Origin: Acaryochloris marina MBIC11017
Lineage (GTDB): Bacteria; Cyanobacteriota; Cyanobacteriia; Thermosynechococcales; Thermosynechococcaceae
Length of the DNA: 32,000 nt
Assembly: GCF_000018105.1 (NCBI RefSeq)
Contig: NC_009925.1
Span: 3,750,001-3,782,000 of the forward strand
Direction: 5' to 3'
Position numbers and translations under genes: made by a program. The stretch's first letter is position 1. Every line of letters starts with the position of its first letter. The notes below the pieces were generated by a model. That model had not been told where the DNA came from and did no database searches. It saw only the letters and a program-made list of their open reading frames with translations. Positions 27,702 through 32,000 of this stretch are shown here, in pieces.

Positions 27702-28595
27702 ATGAAACGATTTTTACTCCCCAGCTTGTTGGGATTGTTGCTTGTCGCTTGTTCAGCACCAGAAAGTACCCCACCCAAACAACAGCCTTTTGTTGCTGGC
27801 GCAATCCCTGACCAAGATCCCGAAAAGCTCCAGCGTCTTTACAGTAAGTTAGCCACTTATTTAGAAGCCGAACTAGAGGTTCCGGTGACCTATAAACCCG
27901 TCAATAACTACGCGGCTGCGGTCACCGCTTTTCGCGTCGGGGATTTAGATATGGTGTGGTTTGGAGGGCTGACTGGAGTTCAGGCCCGCTTACAGGTCCC
28001 GAAAGCCCAAGCTATTGCCCAGCGGGAAATTGACGCCAAGTTTACCAGTGTCTTTATCGCCAATAAATCGAGTGGGATTACACCCTTTGAAACAGTTAAA
28101 GGATTAATAGCACTGAAAGGTCGGACCTTGACCTTTGGCAGTGAATCCTCCACCTCAGGACGACTCATGCCCCAATACTTTATGCAGGAAGCTGATCTCA
28201 CTCTCAAAGATCTGAAGGGCAATGTGGGGTTCTCAGGGTCCCACGATACGACCATCAAAGTAGTCGAGGCTGGCACCTATGAGGTGGGAGCCTTAAATTC
28301 CCAAGTTTGGAAGGATCGGGTGGCGGAAGGCAAGGTGGATTTAGACAAAGTCCAGGTAATTTGGGAAACGCCGTCTTATTTTGACTATCATTGGGTGATC
28401 AATCCCCAGGTGAGCGAACGCTACGGCCCCGAGTTTATTCCTAAAGTTCAGGCGGCCCTACTCAAGCTCGACCCCGCTGTCCAGGAGCAGGCAGAAATTT
28501 TAGACCTCTTTGGGGGGAGTTCGTTTATCAAGACCGATAATAGTAACTATGCTCAAATTGAAGCGATTGGCCGCCAAATCGGCAAGATCAAATAG
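27702..28595 (+). CDS. PhnD-family ABC transporter substrate-binding lipoprotein (phosphonate/phosphite-type)
   Basis: Lipobox LLLVAC after MKRFLLPSLLG. GAIPDQDPEKL......L..YL...L...V.......Y.A.V.A...G.LDM.WFGG and the FGS.SSTSG block are typical of PhnD/PtxB-like binding proteins. Confidence 0.8.
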   Translation: MKRFLLPSLLGLLLVACSAPESTPPKQQPFVAGAIPDQDPEKLQRLYSKLATYLEAELEVPVTYKPVNNYAAAVTAFRVGDLDMVWFGGLTGVQARLQVPKAQAIAQREIDAKFTSVFIANKSSGITPFETVKGLIALKGRTLTFGSESSTSGRLMPQYFMQEADLTLKDLKGNVGFSGSHDTTIKVVEAGTYEVGALNSQVWKDRVAEGKVDLDKVQVIWETPSYFDYHWVINPQVSERYGPEFIPKVQAALLKLDPAVQEQAEILDLFGGSSFIKTDNSNYAQIEAIGRQIGKIK

Positions 28596-29337
28596 CATTC
28601 TGGCGCTCCATCAGGTCAGTCATCAGTTTGGCAACGTGACGGCCCTCGCCGATGTCAATTTTGCCATCTATCCTGGTCAAATTGTCGCTTTAATTGGCTC
28701 CAGCGGTGCGGGCAAAAGCACCCTCTTACAGTTACTGAATGGCACCCTGCAGCCCACAGCAGGTGAAGTATGGGCGATGGGACAGCTTTGGCAGGCCCGA
28801 TCTGCCCGGCGGATTCAACGCCAAATTGGCACCATATACCAGCAGCTCCATTTGGTGCCCTCCTTACGAGTGATTCATAACGTCAATGCAGGACACCTGG
28901 GGCGTTGGCCGTTTTGGAAGGCGGCGGCTTCCTTGATGTGGCCCCTAGGAGTGGAGACGGCCCAAGCAGCCTTAGCCCAGGTCGGTATTCCCGAGAAGCT
29001 CTATGCCAGAACCGATCGTCTCTCTGGTGGTCAGCAGCAGCGAGTGGCCATAGCTAGAGTCTTGGTGCAAGATCCGGCGATTATGCTGGCCGACGAACCG
29101 ATTGCCAGTCTTGATCCAGAACGCAGCCATGACATTATGCGACTGCTCAGTCGCCTCGTGCGGGAACGGGGCAAGACCCTGGTGGTGAGTTTGCATGGGG
29201 TGGAGTATGCGCAGCGGTATTGCGATCGCATCATCGGTCTCAAGCAAGGCCAAGTCCAGTTTGACCTGCCCGCCCAAGAGGTCACCCCGGAACAGCTCCA
29301 TCATCTGTATCAGCTCGACAACCCACCGCCTAGCTAG
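28549..29337 (+). CDS. ABC transporter ATP-binding protein (PhnC-like)
   Basis: Walker A GSSGAGKST, Q-loop, signature LSGGQQQRVAIAR, Walker B IMLADEP and an H-loop. The start is uncertain: ATG 28549 overlaps the binding-protein gene by 47 nt. Confidence 0.85.
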   Translation: MLKLKRLAAKSARSNSILALHQVSHQFGNVTALADVNFAIYPGQIVALIGSSGAGKSTLLQLLNGTLQPTAGEVWAMGQLWQARSARRIQRQIGTIYQQLHLVPSLRVIHNVNAGHLGRWPFWKAAASLMWPLGVETAQAALAQVGIPEKLYARTDRLSGGQQQRVAIARVLVQDPAIMLADEPIASLDPERSHDIMRLLSRLVRERGKTLVVSLHGVEYAQRYCDRIIGLKQGQVQFDLPAQEVTPEQLHHLYQLDNPPPS

Positions 29338-29376
29338 GTCAGTACAATCAAGATCAGCCCCTCAGTTCTGGTCGTC

Positions 29377-29955
29377 ATGTCATCTCTTTCCTCTCCCGCT
29401 GCTCCATCTGTGACAGAATCCGTTTACCGGATTTCGCCGCTGATTCGCTATAGTCTGTGGCTGTTCTACTTTGCCCTCGTTATTCCTTTGCCGATTTTGG
29501 CAAACGTGAATCATGTGGGAGCAGTGACCCAGGGCAGTCTCTATGTGGGGTTAGGGCTGGGGGTAGTGGCCCTAGCCGCTGCTTTAAGTGAGCAAGTCCA
29601 TCTTTCAGCCACAGGCATGGAGATTCGCTATCCTCAATGGGTGCCCGCCTGGTTTCGGCAAGGTTGGGGCCTGACTTGGACCGAGATCACGGTGATTAAG
29701 CCTCGACGAACGGGCCAAGGGGGGCTGGTCTATTACTTAGTGACTGACGATGGTTCGGCTCAGCTTCTGCCTATGCGGGTAGCTGGCTTTGGCCAAATGA
29801 CCCGCACTATTGAAGACCAAACCGGCTTAAAGATGGCAACCGTCAAACCCCTGGCTCAGGTCTGGATGTACGGTATCCTGCTGGGCTTTAGTTTACTGTT
29901 AGCTCTGACCGATGCCTGGATCTTGTGGAACGGCATCAGCCATTTAGGGGGATAA
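29377..29955 (+). CDS. hypothetical 3-TM membrane protein (not an ABC permease)
   Basis: Two N-terminal TM segments, a soluble insert of about 80 aa (GMEIRYPQWVPAWFRQGWGLTWTEITVIKPRR...) and one C-terminal TM. No EAA permease motif. Confidence 0.55.
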   Translation: MSSLSSPAAPSVTESVYRISPLIRYSLWLFYFALVIPLPILANVNHVGAVTQGSLYVGLGLGVVALAAALSEQVHLSATGMEIRYPQWVPAWFRQGWGLTWTEITVIKPRRTGQGGLVYYLVTDDGSAQLLPMRVAGFGQMTRTIEDQTGLKMATVKPLAQVWMYGILLGFSLLLALTDAWILWNGISHLGG

Positions 29956-29957
29956 GC

Positions 29958-30932
29958 TCACACCCCAATCTTCGGCGATGAAGGCTGGGCAATAAAGGTC
30001 GGCGTAATCACTCCCCGGTCAAAGGGCTGACCGTTGACCCCAATTCCATTAATCACGAGCTGATGATCATAGACCGCAATCGCGGCAAACCCGAGCGTTG
30101 AACTGGCAAAAGCGGTCCATTCTGAAGAGCCTGTGGGCCGCAGTCGGGCTCCCACCCCGCAGGTCAGATAGGTGGTGCCGGCAATGGGCTGGGTTCGCTC
30201 ATAATGGTGCTCATGGCCATTGATATAGAGCTGAACCTGGTATTTCGCAAACAGGGGCGTTAACTGCTCTCCTAGACCTGGATGCAGTTTGGGGGTGCCT
30301 AGCAATGGCCCTAAGCGCGAAGCTAGCTCCCATTTAATACTGTGTAAGCCCGACGCATAAATCGGATGATGTCCTAGAACAATCTTCCATTGAGCCTGAG
30401 ATTGGGCTAGCTCAGCTTCCAGCCATCGTAATTGAGCCGGCCAGTGCCCTCCTGGATTCGTATCTAGGGCAAAAAACTGAACCAAGTCTCGGGTAAAGGT
30501 ATAGTAGCGGCCTGCCATATTAAAACCGGGGTAACGAATCTGCCCCTCACCTCGTTGAGACATGACATCGTGATTGCCCAAGACGGCATGGAACGTAATG
30601 CCTTGTTGTAGCAAAGGCCCATAGGGTTGCTCGAAAACCTCGCCAATACGCTCCATTTCTCCCCCGTCGTAAATGTTGTCTCCAGCTAGGAGCGCTAACG
30701 AGCACGGGTTGTGCTGATGGAATTGGGCCATCGCCTGGGCGACATCATACTGAGCTTGGTCTCCGGTCCCGACATCCCCCACGGCGATAAATTGCCACTG
30801 AGGCGTTGGGGTAAGTGAAGCAATGGGGGGCTGAGCCTGTAAAGATTGGGCCAGTATTCGGTGGTGGTTTAAGCCCACACCGACCGTAGACAAACTGGCT
30901 AATGTGAGGAATTTTCGACGGTTTAAGGGCAT
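29958..30932 (-). CDS. Tat-signal metallophosphoesterase (purple-acid/calcineurin-like phosphatase)
   Basis: Twin-arginine signal MPLNRRKFLTLASLSTVGVG. Metallophosphoesterase motifs GDVGTG, AGDNIY, LGNHD, LGHHP and NGHEHHYE. ATG at 30932. Confidence 0.8.
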   Translation of the reverse strand: MPLNRRKFLTLASLSTVGVGLNHHRILAQSLQAQPPIASLTPTPQWQFIAVGDVGTGDQAQYDVAQAMAQFHQHNPCSLALLAGDNIYDGGEMERIGEVFEQPYGPLLQQGITFHAVLGNHDVMSQRGEGQIRYPGFNMAGRYYTFTRDLVQFFALDTNPGGHWPAQLRWLEAELAQSQAQWKIVLGHHPIYASGLHSIKWELASRLGPLLGTPKLHPGLGEQLTPLFAKYQVQLYINGHEHHYERTQPIAGTTYLTCGVGARLRPTGSSEWTAFASSTLGFAAIAVYDHQLVINGIGVNGQPFDRGVITPTFIAQPSSPKIGV

Positions 30933-31117
30933 TTCGGCTGGCGATGCAAATGTGTTAATTCGTATAAGAGGTGTAACAACCACCATTAAGAATAGTAACT
31001 AAACCTGGGGCATTATCAATGTGGTTCAAGATACTGAGCCTGGATTAAAATACGTGGGCGTCATGTCTTGGGGAGCATTGCCCGTCAAAATGGAGAGACT
31101 AGATTTGCGAGACAGGC

Positions 31118-31879
31118 ATGCTTGAGTCGGCGGGTGAAGTCCCATCTAAACCTGGACGGTCTCAACTCCAGCTGCAGCAAGTGGATGTTGTGACGGAGTT
31201 AGGTAATCAATACCTACTCCAAAATGTTTCAGTGGACATTTTTACTGGTGAACGCATTGGCATTATTGGTGCATCTGGCTCAGGTAAAACGACCCTGTTG
31301 CGGCTGCTGAATCGCTTGAGTAGCCCAACGTCGGGGGAGATCCGGTTTGAACAAAAATTATTACCCGATTGGCCAGTTTTGTCTTTGCGGCAGCAACTGA
31401 TGTTGGTTCCTCAAGAGCCTAAGCTGCTGGGCATGACGGTCCAAGATGCCCTCACCTATCCCTTGCGCTTGCAAGACCTGCCAGAATCAGAAATCGCAAG
31501 TCGCGTGCAAACTTGGCGGCAGCGGCTCGGTATTCCCGATGACTGGTTAAACTCTACTGAATTGCAACTCTCGGTGGGACAGCGACAGCTGGTCAGCCTA
31601 GCGCGTGCTTGTGGAACAGCGCCCAAACTTTGTCTGTTGGATGAACCCACATCAGCGCTGGATCCAGGTACCATCGATCGCGTCATTAAAGCTTTAAAGG
31701 CTAGTGGGATGACGCTAGTGATTGCTAGCCATCAATTTGAGTTTTTGAATCAGATCTGCGATCGCATCCTCTGGCTCAGCCAAGGCAAACTGATCCTCGA
31801 TGCTCCTATCCGTGAAATTAACTGGGCAGAAATCAAATCCGAATTGACCGCTCAAGCTGAACAGGATGATTGGGACTAG
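31118..31879 (+). CDS. ABC transporter ATP-binding protein
   Basis: Walker A GASGSGKTT, signature-like LSVGQRQLVSLARA and Walker B LCLLDEPTSALD. Confidence 0.85.
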   Translation: MLESAGEVPSKPGRSQLQLQQVDVVTELGNQYLLQNVSVDIFTGERIGIIGASGSGKTTLLRLLNRLSSPTSGEIRFEQKLLPDWPVLSLRQQLMLVPQEPKLLGMTVQDALTYPLRLQDLPESEIASRVQTWRQRLGIPDDWLNSTELQLSVGQRQLVSLARACGTAPKLCLLDEPTSALDPGTIDRVIKALKASGMTLVIASHQFEFLNQICDRILWLSQGKLILDAPIREINWAEIKSELTAQAEQDDWD

Positions 31880-31984
31880 TGCAGCATCAAGCTAAAAGAT
31901 TAGGGTGGACGATCTTCAGGATGCTTTCTTCATAAGGCTTACCAGAGGTGCTTACCCTAAAATTAAGTCTTGACGATGCACTAG
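31876..31984. repeat. about 109-nt imperfect palindromic element (MITE-like or large structured 3' element)
   Basis: CTAGTGCAGCATCAAG (31876-31891) versus CTTGACGATGCACTAG (31969-31984) pair at 14 of 16 positions. An inner pair TTAGGGT/ACCCTAA is nested inside. The element starts on the stop codon of the ABC ATPase gene. Confidence 0.4.
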
Positions 31985-32000
31985 GAGGCGATCACAATTA

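Overview
This is a cyanobacterial chromosomal segment. I found 13 copies of the HIP1 octamer GCGATCGC by eye, and the gene content is typical of cyanobacteria. All protein calls are by-eye motif recognition, not searches. From left to right: crtQ (zeta-carotene desaturase) overlaps an SRPBCC gene and is followed by a secreted pentapeptide-repeat protein. From 3.2 to 9.9 kb there is a nest of five insertion sequences from five families: an IS3 remnant, IS256, an IS4/IS50-like element, IS630 and IS701. Their ends and target duplications can be read directly. They have truncated or rewired several small accessory genes: the pentapeptide gene, an unknown gene, a Uma2 nuclease gene and a DUF4347 mini-gene. 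Next come a PNPOx-like flavoprotein, a CpdA-type phosphodiesterase, a 4-TM Arg-tailed protein and a 774-aa STAND NTPase (HTH-like N-terminus, NB-ARC, TPR). After that there is about 570 bp of unexplained non-coding DNA ending in a strong intrinsic terminator. Then comes prfB, with the classic +1 frameshift site, translationally coupled (ATGA) to a PKHD-type 2OG-Fe(II) hydroxylase. The rest of the window holds a GIDE-like membrane protein, a degenerate GGDEF protein, a NADAR-GNAT pair, a divergent PerR-like/katG pair, a SulP-USP operon, a PhnD-like binding protein plus ABC ATPase with no permease, a Tat-signal metallophosphoesterase and a second ABC ATPase. I saw no rRNA, tRNA or CRISPR array, and no complete described defence system. 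The most unusual items are the stand-alone STAND NTPase with its terminator-containing leader, the prfB-hydroxylase coupling, the catalytically degenerate but I-site-intact GGDEF protein, and the reconstructable IS nest.
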